The notes: generated by a model from the sequence alone, not told the origin. A DNA stretch of 34,215 bases from Octopus bimaculoides (GCF_001194135.2 NC_069000.1:34429143-34463357); one strand, 5' to 3'. Positions 23,270 to 33,995 are shown, counted from the first letter of the stretch. A program made the numbers and translations.

Positions 23270-23327
<58 letters not shown>

Positions 23328-23490
23328 AACAGGCTTCTTACAGTTTCCATCTATCAAATCCACTCACAAGGCTTTGGTTAGTCTGAGGCTATAGTAGAAG
23401 ACACTTGCCCATGGTGCCACACAATGGGACTGAACCTGGAACCATGTGGTTGGAAAGCAAGCTTCTTACCACACAGCCACACTGTGCCTA
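22990..23490 (-). mobile_element. Composite SINE E with a family F insertion in its linker
   Basis: Partial E 3' module 22990-23070; F element 23072-23271; TA/GA linker; B head 23330-23490. Confidence 0.8.
23072..23271 (-). mobile_element. Family F element (TGA)n tail with internal 62-64 bp tandem units
   Basis: TCATCATCGTTTAACGTCCGCCTTCCATGCTAGCAT end; units start at 23119, 23181 and 23245. Confidence 0.75.
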
Positions 23491-24334
23491 TAAAACCGAA
23501 GTCAAGCCAAGAACTGATATTCTAAATGCATTTTAACATGCACGTTTTGGATAATTGTGCAATAGATGAAAAGGGAATTTCATCTCTTACACAAAATTGT
23601 CATCAGTTAAGACAATCAAAATATGGACAAATTGATGGTATTCACCCTTTATATATATGGTCAGGGCAGTTTATGTGACCTACTAGATGAGGAGAGGACA
23701 TGGCTAGAAGCAGTAGAATATCTATAGAGAGGGAAAAGGAAGAGAGAGAAAGAGACAGAGATGGAGAAGGTGAGTGAGACAAAAAAGAGAAAAGGGAAGA
23801 AAAGGGATTGGTAGAATTGGTATCAGAGAAGAGGAAAGGGGGGAGATTAGATCCTTGAGAGGAAGAGAAAAAGAAGGGTCAAATAAATCGGTAAATAAAT
23901 AAATAAATAAATAGATAAATGAATACATGACCGAAGCAAAGAATGAAAATAAAACAATAATAATAATAATGATAATAATAATAATAATAATAATAATAAT
24001 CCTTTCTGCTGTAGGCACAAGGCCTGTAATTTTTGGGGAAGGGACTAGTCGATTACACCAACCCCAGTGTTTCACTGGTACCTAATTTATCGACCCTGAA
24101 AGAATGAAAGGCAAAGTTGGCCTTGGCAGAATTTGAACTCAGAATGTTATGACAAGCAAAATATTGCTGAGCATTTTGCCCAGCATGCTAACGATTCAGC
24201 CAGCTCACCACCTTAATAATAATGATAATGGACTCTCCCTGCACAAATAATAATGGACTCAACAACCTGCACAAATGATTTGTTTATAGTGATCAAATGT
24301 ATGTGCAGCACATTACCTCACTCTCTCTGTCAAA

Positions 24335-24490
24335 TTGGCGTTGTTTGAACAGGAGCACTGTGTACCACATGTCAGGTGTTGAAGTAATCACAGAGGAACA
24401 TGAGAGGAAGTGTTTTGCTCAAGAACACAATACACCACCCAATCCAGGAATTGAAATCACAATCTTATGATCATGAGTGCAACACCCTAC
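24335..24490 (-). mobile_element. Diverged D-type (CORE-like) SINE
   Basis: Reverse complement contains TTGTGTTCTTGAGCAAAACACTT, as in head D. Confidence 0.6.
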
Positions 24491-25199
24491 TTATTCGCAC
24501 AAGACCTAGAATTACGAAGAGCAGAGACTAGTTGATTAGATTGATCCCAGAGCTTAACTGGTACTTATCTTATCAACCATGAAAAGATGAAAGACTAAGT
24601 CAGCCTCAGCTGAATTTGAAGTCAGGACATAAAGACAGGCAATTTTGCAAAGCATTTTGCCTGATGCTGTAACAATTCTGCCAACTCACCATCTCTCTTT
24701 TCTTGTCTGAAATGCAATGGTATGAATTTATTGAATATCTGACTGCTGTTTCTAGCAGGATGAGTGAGCACATAAAGGCTCCCTCATTACCACGGTTTAA
24801 TAACTGGGGGAAGTGGAAGACAGCAGGGAGGAGACAAAGATGGAAGAGTATCGCAAGACTAAATACCATTTCAGTATTTAGTTGCATATCTAAGATTTCA
24901 GGGTTCAAGCCTTGGTTGGTCGGGTGTCAACGTTTGCTGTTCATCTTTCTGGGATTAATAGAATGAGTGTCAGTCTGATACTGGAATTAATTAAATCGAC
25001 TAAACTCATCTGCCAAAATGCGTGGCCGGGTGCCAATGTGAGAAATCATCATTCTTAGACTAATGGAAGGCGGAAGAGGGTATAGCAGGTATGGTTGAGT
25101 GCCAATCTAAAACAAAACAAACAAGCAAACAAAAAAAAACAAAAAACAACAAGCGTTACTGTATTCGTATTTAGTTTCATTCTCGCTGTTTCTGCCAAG

Positions 25200-25254
25200 A
25201 TCAAGTTTGTCCTTCATGATTCTATGGATCAGTAAAATAGCAACTAACACTGAA
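25200..25254 (+). CDS. Candidate exon, boundaries uncertain
   Basis: Pyrimidine-rich acceptor tttcattctcgctgtttctgccaag; donors after 25231 (gtaaaa) or 25254 (gtatgg). A second strong acceptor follows, exon start 25313 (EIGFVPKQTKTKKEK, running into a gap). Confidence 0.25.
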
Positions 25255-25847
25255 GTATGGTGGGACCAATGTAATAATCTCTGTGTTGCTGTTTCTTCTC
25301 TCGTCTTACAAGGAAATTGGATTTGTGCCTAAGCAAACCAAAACGAAAAAAGAAAAAANNNNNNNNNNNNNNNNNNNNNNNNNNNNNNNNNNNNNNNNNN
25401 NNNNNNNNNNNNNNNNNNNNNNNNNNNNNNNNNNNNNNNNNNNNNNNNNNNNNNNNNNNNNNNNNNNNNNNNNNNNNNNNNNNNNNNNNNNNNNNNNNNN
25501 NNNNNNNNNNNNNNNNNNNNNNNNNNNNNNNNNNNNNNNNNNNNNNNNNNNNNNNNNNNNNNNNNNNNNNNNNNNNNNNNNNNNNNNNNNNNNNNNNNNN
25601 NNNNNNNNNNNNNNNNNNNNNNNNNNNNNNNNNNNNNNNNNNNNNNNNNNNNNNNNNNNNNNNNNNNNNNNNNNNNNNNNNNNNNNNNNNNNNNNNNNNN
25701 NNNNNNNNNNNNNNNNNNNNNNNNNNNNNNNNNNNNNNNNNNNNNNNNNNNNNNNNNNNNNNNNNNNNNNNNNNNNNNNNNNNNNNNNNNNNNNNNNNNN
25801 NNNNNNNNNNNNNNNNNNNNNNNNNNNNNNNNNNNNNNNNNNNNNNN

Positions 25848-26045
25848 GCGAAATGCTTAGCAGTATTTCGTCTGCTGTTACGTTCTGAGTTCAAATTCTG
25901 CCGAGGTCAACTTTGCCTTTCATCCTTTCGGGATCGATTAAATAAGTACCAGTTACGCACTGGGGTTGATATAATGGACTTAATCCGTTTGTCTGTCCTT
26001 GTTTGTCCCCTCTGTGTGTAGCCCCTTGAGGGTAGTAAAGAAATA
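25848..26045 (+). mobile_element. SINE family A, near-consensus; 5' end in gap
   Basis: GAGTTCAAATTCTGCCGAGGTCAACTTTGCCTTTCATCCTTTCGGGATCGATTAAATAAGTACCAG. Confidence 0.9.
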
Positions 26046-26435
26046 ACACACACACATAAACACACACTTATATATATTTCATGTTATGCTAATAGCACTA
26101 TTTTGTTTGATTTCATTATTACAACTTATACAGAGTTGTGCAATGAAAAAATAGCCCAGGTTCCACGGCATAGTGTAAAAACAGAAACACAAGATAAATA
26201 CATGACTTCCTTAGCTGGGAAGAGAGAGAAGGTGAGAGTGTACCTTCAAGGTAATCAGTCATAAGAGGTGCAGACGAGACTGTGTTCATAAGTAGTTCAT
26301 CTCTTGTCATTTCAAGTTCAATCCCATAGCTCAATACTTTGAGCAATTGTCTCTGTGTATAGTCTTAGGTTGACCAATTCCTTGAGTGAAATGTAGTAGA
26401 TGGAAATGTTTATGGAAGTTTGTCATATTTTGGAT

Positions 26436-27052
26436 CAGTAGTTCTCAGCTGGGGTCTATATGGCACTTGTGGTCCACATAAGAGATTTTATTGTTAAAAT
26501 TTATGTACAATAAATTGCTTATATATCTACAATACACAAAATATTTTAATTTTGTTATACATTTCCTAAAAATATTTTGTTACAAAAATATACTCATTTA
26601 CTCATATACTTGTTTCAGTCATTTGACTGCAGCCATGCTGGAGCACCGCCTTTAGTCGAGCAAATCGACCCCAGGACTTATTCTTTGTAAGCCTAGTACT
26701 TATTCTATCGGTCTCTTTTGCCGAACCACTAAGTTACGGGGATGTAAACACACCAGCATCGGTTGTCAAGCGATGTTGGGGGGACAAACACAGACACACA
26801 AACATACACACACAAACATACACACACACACATACACATATGTATACATATATACGACGGGCTTCTTTCAGTTTCCATCTACCACATCCACTCACAAGGC
26901 TTTGGTCGGCCCGAGGCTATAGTAGAAGACACTTGCCTAAGGTGCCATGCAGTGGAACTGAACCCAGAATCATGTGGTTGGTAAGCAAGCTACTAACCAC
27001 ACAGCCACTCCTACGCCTATANNNNNNNNNNAAAAATGGTTGAGGAACACTG
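26436..27052. mobile_element. hAT MITE containing a SINE E insertion
   Basis: Ends CAGTAGTTCTCAGC / GGTTGAGGAACACTG; 8-bp flanks ttttggat / ttttaggt (6/8 identical). Confidence 0.65.
26591..27012 (-). mobile_element. Full-length composite SINE E
   Basis: Near-consensus reverse complement of 31531-32010. Confidence 0.92.
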
Positions 27053-27054
27053 TT

Positions 27055-27332
27055 TTAGGTTGACAGATAAATTGGGTTTTTTGTTTTTTTTTCATTTTGT
27101 TTATTTTTCTTTTTATCACTCCATTGTCATATGGGTAAAAAGAGGAAAAATTTTTTCAAATTTAGAAATGATAAACAAAAGTTAAGAGATGAAGAATAGA
27201 GCTACAAAAATTTTTAAAAAACATAAAACACTGATAAAAAAATTTTTTTATTAATTCAAATAACATTGGAAAGGATTAAAATAAATGGAAAATAGTAAAC
27301 AAAAAATCAAATGAATTTATCTGACAACCCAA
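27055..27332. mobile_element. Mariner-like MITE
   Basis: TIRs GGTTGACAGATAAATT / AATTTATCTGACAACCCAA-TA with an AT-rich interior. Confidence 0.65.
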
Positions 27333-27598
27333 TATATACATGTATGTGTGTGTGTGTGTGTGTGTGTGTGAGGGAGAGAAAGAGAGAGAGAGAGAGTGTG
27401 AATGTGTGTGCATGTCTTATAGGACGGTGGTGTTATTCCTTTATGTGTCACAACTTCACAGATTTGCATGTAAAATGACAGAAAGGGCACCCAGCTGAAG
27501 ATCAAGCCTTTTCCAACCCATGCCAGCATAGAAAAAAAGCACATGAAAATGGTGATGATGGTGAATCAACAAGCCATAAATCTGTTGCTTAATGCCAG

Positions 27599-27686
27599 GA
27601 ATTGGCAACGTTTTATGAGAAACAGGCTACATGAGACCTGGCGCACCATCAAACAGGCCACATTACTAAAAGAAGAATATTTCAAG
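27599..27686 (+). CDS. Candidate exon (NWQRFMRNRLHETWRTIKQATLLKEEYFK), unidentified
   Basis: Acceptor tctgttgcttaatgccag, strong donor AAG|gtaatt; only one frame open; unique sequence with protein-like composition. Confidence 0.45.
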
Positions 27687-27837
27687 GTAATTTTTGATCT
27701 GACGTGTCATTCAGAAATTCCCATGGGCTGTAGTTTGCCAATGTTTGATTTATACCAATATAATATAGTGGTTATATAAGTTCAGTGTGTAAGACTTCAT
27801 TTACACCATGGCTTAACATGGCTTCTAAATGCACTCA

Positions 27838-27873
<36 letters not shown>

Positions 27874-28093
27874 TTCCTTTGGTTATGAGAGAGAGAGGGA
27901 GAGAGAAAGTGTTTCTATGACTCAGAAACACTTTCAAACCAAGATTAAAATATATTTAAATATGTTTACATATATCAAATTTAATTTATCAGTTCTTATC
28001 TAGAATATGTAAATATATATATGTATATATGTATATATTTGTTTACATATATATATATATATATACATGCATACATACATACATACATACATA

Positions 28094-28145
<52 letters not shown>

Positions 28146-28181
28146 NNNNNNNNNNNNNNNNNNNNNNNNNNNNNNNNNNNN

Positions 28182-28227
<46 letters not shown>

Positions 28228-28558
28228 CACACACACACGTCTTTTACTCTTTGGCAACTAACTTTTCTCTCGTCCAACCAAATTGTCTCTTGTTCAACAA
28301 CTGGTTTTGTAGTTTTCTTTTGCATAGACACAGGCACGGCTGCATGTTTAAGAAGCTCACTTTGCAACCATGAGGTTTCTGGTTCAGTCCCACTGCACAG
28401 CACCTTGAACAAATCTCTTCCACTGCAGCCACAGACCAGCCAATGCCTTTTGATGGAATTTATTAGATGGAAACTGTGTGGAAGCCCATCATATATACAT
28501 ACATATCTGAGTATGTGTGTGTGTGCATATGTGTATGTGTTGGTATCTGCGTTTGTCT

Positions 28559-28906
28559 CCATTCATAGGAAAAATTTATTTTTTTAATAAGAAACAGTTT
28601 ATAAGATCCCCTGATCTGACCCCTTTTGATTTCTATCTTTAGGGGCATTTGAAAAGCATGGTGTATCGCTGAAAGATAAAAGACATAAAGCATTTGAAGG
28701 AACGCATCACCAACTCATTTGCACATGTATCACCAGATATGCTATTACGAGTTCACATTGAGTTGGGTAAACGTATTGCAATGTGTATTCAAAACAATGG
28801 TAACCATATAGAGACTGTTAAATACAAAAAAAAAACTGTTCTTATAAACTGTTTCTTATAAAAAAGATAAATTGTTCCTATGTATGGTGACTTTTGAATC
28901 ACCCTG
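28559..28906 (+). mobile_element. Internally deleted Tc1/mariner-superfamily element
   Basis: Left TIR remnant 28559-28606 is inverted to 28840-28887; right end GAATCACCCTG-TA. From 28604: RSPDLTPFDFYL*GHLKSMVY..LKERI...CIQNNGNHIE, the SPDLxPxDF catalytic-end motif. Confidence 0.9.
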
Positions 28907-29186
28907 TATAATAATTGGTATAGCAAGGAGTACTCTTGTCCAGAAAGGTTAGAGCATGCAAGTGCAAAGAAAAATAGATAAGAGATGAAGAAAAGCAGTT
29001 GTCAAACCCACAGGTCTGACATCTGCTTTTCTAGTCACTTAAGAAAGGTAATCACAAAATCACATGTTCAACTGCTCTTCATACCAGAATTTTAGTGGTA
29101 AACCAAATTGAGCCACCAGAGTGCATACGTATTAGTTTGAGTCACTCTGACAAACACTTCTCGTATATTTTATATATATATATATA

Positions 29187-29403
29187 TCATCATCATCATC
29201 ATCATCGGACGTCCGCTTTCCATGCTGGCATGGGTGGGACGGTTTGACTGAGGACTGGTGAGCCAGAGGCTGCACCAGGCTCAATTTGATCTGGCAGGGT
29301 TTCTACAGCTGGATGCCCTTCCTAACGCCAACCACTTCCAGGNNNNNNNNNNTGGCAGGGTTTCTACAGCTGGATGCCCTTCCTAACGCCAACCACTTCC
29401 AGG
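29187..29403 (-). mobile_element. Family F element 3' part
   Basis: (ATC)n, CGGACGTCCGCTTTCCATGCTGGCATGGG...CAGCTGGATGCCCTTCCTAACGCCAACC; matches 9876-10000 in the opposite orientation. Confidence 0.8.
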
Positions 29404-30047
29404 TGATGGGTCAACATTTCCATACACTGGATATTCTGTCATCAGAGATGGAATACCTAGTGTATGGAGATGTTGATCCACCACCTGGGACATCCCAGAA
29501 ACAGTTGTAAGACATTAATTACTTCTACTTCTCCGTTTTTGATTCCCCTTACTCTAATTAAATATTCTAAATGACTTGAAATACTTGCCATGCCTTAGTT
29601 TTGTTGTCCATTTTCCTTTAATATATACTTGCTGACTCAGGAGCCTCTTACAAATCCCTACCTCCTGCCTCAGCTGTAGACTTGGAACCTATTGGATGAC
29701 CAATTATAGCACTTAGGTAGCGTACCTATTCGTTTAGATCATCAGTGAACTAAACCCCTCGTAGTCTTTATATATATATATATATATATATATAGACGCA
29801 CACACACACACACATATTCACACTACGTATATCCACTTTATCATTTCCCTCCCACAAAGCTTGCATTTCATTCCCACACTGTAACAACGAGTCAGATTTG
29901 TGAATCATACAAGCTTGCTAATTTAATATTGAAGGGAGAGAATATCTGATTACTGTTATTACACAGATGTCTTGACCTGGAATTAACATATTAGGAAGAC
30001 AGGAAAAGATACGTTGATGAATGAGGAAAATAGTATTATTAAAACAG

Positions 30048-30104
30048 CTGGGATATTACGATATTATTTGGGCAGGCAAATCAATTGAGGCATTTGAAAT
30101 TAGA
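30048..30104 (+). CDS. Candidate 57-nt exon (LGYYDIIWAGKSIEAFEIR)
   Basis: aaaacag acceptor with a weak pyrimidine tract, donor AGA|gtaaga; phase 0-0, compatible with 27599-27686. Confidence 0.3.
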
Positions 30105-30311
30105 GTAAGATAACTATAAATTATAAAGTGAATAATTGCAGATCAGATTTCTTAACGGTTCTTATGAAGTTTAAAGTGCAAGATGCAAGGTATATTTGAG
30201 GACAATTATCAGTTTACTATTCTCTTGAAAAAAGGTTTCGTTCAATTACCAAATATGTCCTCAAATACCTCTTGCACCCTTTATACTGAATTAATTGATA
30301 AATCTCTGCAG

Positions 30312-30389
30312 TTAGTGAGCTTAATAATTATGATGAAGTTATCATATCTGGTGGATGTGGATGTGCAACATTTTCCTTGCACAACCTGA
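30312..30389 (+). CDS. Candidate terminal exon (LVSLIIMMKLSYLVDVDVQHFPCTT*)
   Basis: Acceptor aatctctgcag; phase 0 after 30104. An alternative frame gives SELNNYDEVIISGGCGCATFSLHNLIR*. Confidence 0.2.
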   Translation, partial: LVSLIIMMKLSYLVDVDVQHFPCTT

Positions 30390-30928
30390 TTAGATAAAAT
30401 GCTTGGTTAGCATAAATATATGGAATAACTTTACATTAAGGAGTGGAGCATGCTGTTTCCTGTGAGTTAGACTGCTTCCTGGCCCCAGCAGACAAAATGG
30501 AAAAGGTGTTGCCCTGAAGGATGGTGAGCACTGGAACAGCCACTCTGACTCACGGAGCACACATTTGCAGACAACAATCTCCGCCCCCGATAGATATGAG
30601 CAGGGAAATGGTCTGGGAGTGGGGGACCGGGGAAAACACTGGAGCCACTGCCACAGGCTTGGCCATAAACCTGTCAGAGATTGTGGTAGATACATCTGTG
30701 AGCAATTCTGATTTACAGGTCCAGATTCTTTATTACTGGTTTGCAATATAGATATATGAGGCCCTAAATTTGGGGCATGACCATAGTCAACTATATTAAT
30801 CTAAGTATATCATCATTATCATCATCATTGTCATCATCGTCATCATCACCATTACTGCCTCAAGTCCTAGGGGTGCTTACCCAATTTCCATGATGACATA
30901 TATATAAGTAACCAAGATCACAACATTT

Positions 30929-31232
30929 GTGGAGGTGCAATGGCCCAGTGGTTAAGGCAGCGGACTCGAGGTCGGAGGATCGTGGTTTCGATTCCCAGAC
31001 CGGACATTGTGAGTGTTTATTGAGCAAAAACACCTAAAGCTCCACAAGGTTCCCGACCCCTGTTGTACTTTTTCGCCCCAACTTTCTCTCACTCTTCTTC
31101 CTGTTTCTTGAGTAATGCTGCGATGGACTGGCGTCCCGTCCAGCCAGGGGGAACTCATACGCCATAGAAACCGGGAAACTGGGCCCATGAGCCTGGCTAG
31201 GCTTTAAAATGGCGCATAAAAAAAAATAAAAA
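30929..31232 (+). mobile_element. Full-length SINE, head C + tail Y
   Basis: A box TGGCCCAGTGG, B box GGTTTCGATTCCC, A-rich tail, 14-bp TSD AAGATCACAACATT / AAGATCACGACATT (30914-30927 / 31233-31246). Confidence 0.93.
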
Positions 31233-31254
31233 AAGATCACGACATTACCCCCTA

Positions 31255-31414
31255 AATGGGATGCCAGTCCATTGCAGGGTGACCCATTTATGGCTGAGTG
31301 AACTGGAATAATGTGAAGTGAAATGTTTTGCTTAAGAACCCAATGTACCACCTTGTCTGGGAATCAAAACCATGGTCTTGCAATCATGAATTCAGCTCCC
31401 TAAACACTAGACCA
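31255..31414 (-). mobile_element. Diverged SINE, head D + start of tail Y
   Basis: Reverse complement: ...TTCTTAAGCAAAACATTTCACTTCACATTATTCCAGTTCACTCAGCCATAAATGGGTCACCCTGCAATGGACTGGCATCCC. Confidence 0.7.
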
Positions 31415-31530
31415 GATACATTCACTAACCAAAGTACTGAACATGTAGAGGTAGCCCCTTTACTGTATCCACTTGGCTCCTTTTCCCACCAAATTTTTAC
31501 TCCGGTAGATAATTGACCTACAAATATTCA

Positions 31531-31738
31531 GGAGTGGCTGTGTGGTAAGTAGCTTGCTTACCAACCACATGGTTCCGGGTTCATTCCCACTGCATGGCGC
31601 CTTGGGCAAGTGTCTTCTTCTATAGCCTCGGGCTGACCAGTGCCTTGTGAGTGGATTTGGTAGACGGAAACTGAAAGAAGCCCATCATGTATACATATAT
31701 GTGTGTGAATTAATGTTCGTTTTTATGTNNNNNNNNNN

Positions 31739-31794
<56 letters not shown>

Positions 31795-32010
31795 GTGTAT
31801 ATGTTTGTGTGTCTGTGTTTGTTCCCCCAACATCGCTTGACAACCGATGCTGGTGTATTTATGTCCCCGTAACTTAGCGGTTCAGCAAAAGCGACAAATA
31901 GAATAAGTACTGGGCTTACAAAGAATAAGTCCTGGGGTTGATTTGCTCGACTAAAGGTGGTGCTCCAGCATGGCCGCAGTCAAATGACTGAAACAAGTAA
32001 AAGAGTAAAG
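31531..32010 (+). mobile_element. Full-length composite SINE E (B head + microsatellite linker + 3' module)
   Basis: A-box-like TGGCTGTGTGG, B-box-like GGTTCATTCCC, ACCTTGGGCAAGT-like body, TA/TG linker, tail AAACAAGTAAAAGAGTAAAG. Confidence 0.93.
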
Positions 32011-32164
32011 ACTGAACATCAGCCACACTAACTCCATTAATATGGGAAGGGAGGGTCTCTGAAATGGTTAGGGCCATTGTTTCTGATGAATTTCTGGAAA
32101 AAAGAAAATACAAAAAGAAAATTGTAGTTGTGTGATGTATCTGAATGTATTTGGTACTCTAATG

Positions 32165-32443
32165 CAGGGGTTTTCAAACTTTTTGACTTGCAGACCCCTT
32201 TATATTTCAGGCTTTACCTTAGGGAACCCCTTATAAATGCTTATGAAATTTATACATAAATATTTGCTTAAAATAACATATATTTTTACATTTATTTATT
32301 TAACAGTATTTAACAAATAGGTTTATTGTCAATTAAAAAATTTTGATTAAAAAACATATATAAAATCAAATTGCCCATAAAAAGTATTTGCTGTCCACGA
32401 ACCCCCTGTCTTGTCCTTGCGGACCACAGTTTGAAAACCCCTG
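32165..32443. mobile_element. Complete 279-bp hAT MITE
   Basis: Perfect 16-bp TIR CAGGGGTTTTCAAACT and perfect 8-bp TSD CTCTAATG (32157-32164 / 32444-32451). Confidence 0.95.
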
Positions 32444-32834
32444 CTCTAATGCACTGCCCCCTCCTATCATTTGAGGAAGAGAGGAAAGTTCTGAGGTGAA
32501 TTTAGAAATAAAAGCCAGGCGTCATCATCATCATTATCCTCATCATTTTGTTGTAAGAATCTTGTTTCCCAACCACAAGGTTCCGTGTCTCAGTGTCTGT
32601 GTTTGTCCCTCACCACCACTTGACAACCGGTGCTAGTGTGTTTATGTTCCAATGGCTTAGTGGTTTAGTGAAAGAGACCAATAGAATAAGTACCAGGGGC
32701 TTAAAAAACAGAAAAGAAAAAAAAACAAGTACTGGGGTCAATTCATTCAACTAAAAGAAGAAAAAAAATACTTCAAGGCAGTGCTCCAGTATGGCCACAG
32801 TCTAATGAGTGAAACATGTAAAAGACAAAAGATT

Positions 32835-33170
32835 GTTGTCATTGCTACTGTCATTATCATCATCATCATTGTCATCTTCATTGTCATCATCATCATCGTC
32901 ATCATCATCATTGTTATCATCATCATCTTCATCATCATTGACGTCATCATCACTATCATCCTCATTGTCATCATCATCGTCATCATCATCATCGTCATCA
33001 TCATCATTGTCATCATCATCATTGTCATCATTATCATCATCATCGTCTTCATCATCATCGTCGTCGCCATCATCATCCTCATCATCATCATCGTCATTGT
33101 CATCATCATCATTGTTGTGATCATCATCGTCATCATTGTCATCATCATCGTCACCATCATTGTCATTTCT
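32835..33170. repeat. Long degenerate (TCA)n tract
   Basis: Directly visible; begins right after the SINE E tail at about 32830. Confidence 0.95.
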
Positions 33171-33384
33171 GATTCCCTACTCCCACCCCACTCACTCACC
33201 CCTGCCCAGCATCAGTCCAACAGAAAATGGAGGCAAGGGGTGGATTGAGAGAGATGTTTTTTTTCTTTAAATCTACAATAAACTTGGGGAGGTGGAAGTG
33301 GAAAGGCTTTAGTTATACTGACTCTAGTATATAACTGGTATTTATCTGTTCATACCAACACTCTGTTCTGCACCACATAATCTC

Positions 33385-33995
33385 TTTTTGACTCTCTCTC
33401 TTTTGCTCTATCTCTTTTACTCTCTCTCCCTCTCTCTCTCTCCCTCTTGCTCTCTCTCCCTCTTGCTCTCTCTCCCTCTTGCTCTCTCTCCCTCTTGCTC
33501 TCTCTCCCTCTTGCTCTCTCTCCCTCTTNNNNNNNNNNNNNNNNNNNNNNNNNNNNNNNNNNNNNNNNNNNNNNNNNNNNNNNNNNNNNNNNNNNNNCTT
33601 GCTCTCTCTCCCTCTTGCTCTCTCTCCCTCTTGCTCTCTCTCCCTCTCTCTTCCTCTGTCTCTCTCTTCCTCTGTCTCTTCATTCTCACTACCATCATCC
33701 TTCTCTCTCTCTCTCTCTCTCACTCTCTCTCAATTTCTACCTTCTCTCTCTTCATCCTTCTCTCTCTCCCTCCCTCTCTCTATCCCTCTCCCTCTCTCAC
33801 TTTCTTCCTCTCTTCATCCCTCCCTCACTCCCTCTCTCTCTCAGTCTCTTCCTCCTCACTCTTCCTCCTTGCCATCCCTGCCTCTTTGTCACCCTCTCTC
33901 TCTTTCTTCATCCATTTCTCTCACACTCTCATCATCTTCAACTTTCATCTTTCTCCCTCTCACTGCACCTCCTTTCTCCCCCCTCTCTCTCTAAC
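33385..33995. repeat. (CT)n-rich tract including a 16-bp minisatellite GCTCTCTCTCCCTCTT (about 33434-33645)
   Basis: Directly visible. Confidence 0.93.

Noticed and set aside
23119-23271. CRISPR-like repeated units
   Set aside because: Contiguous tandem units with no unique spacers, inside a eukaryotic retroposon; no cas genes.
29292-29403. Exact 51-bp direct repeat
   Set aside because: The two copies flank a 10-N gap (29343-29352); typical unmerged contig overlap, not biology.
32747-33248. Poly-Ile/Ser/Met/His and HT/CV/YI-repeat ORFs here and throughout
   Set aside because: Translations of di- and trinucleotide microsatellites, open in several frames, with no splice or homology support.
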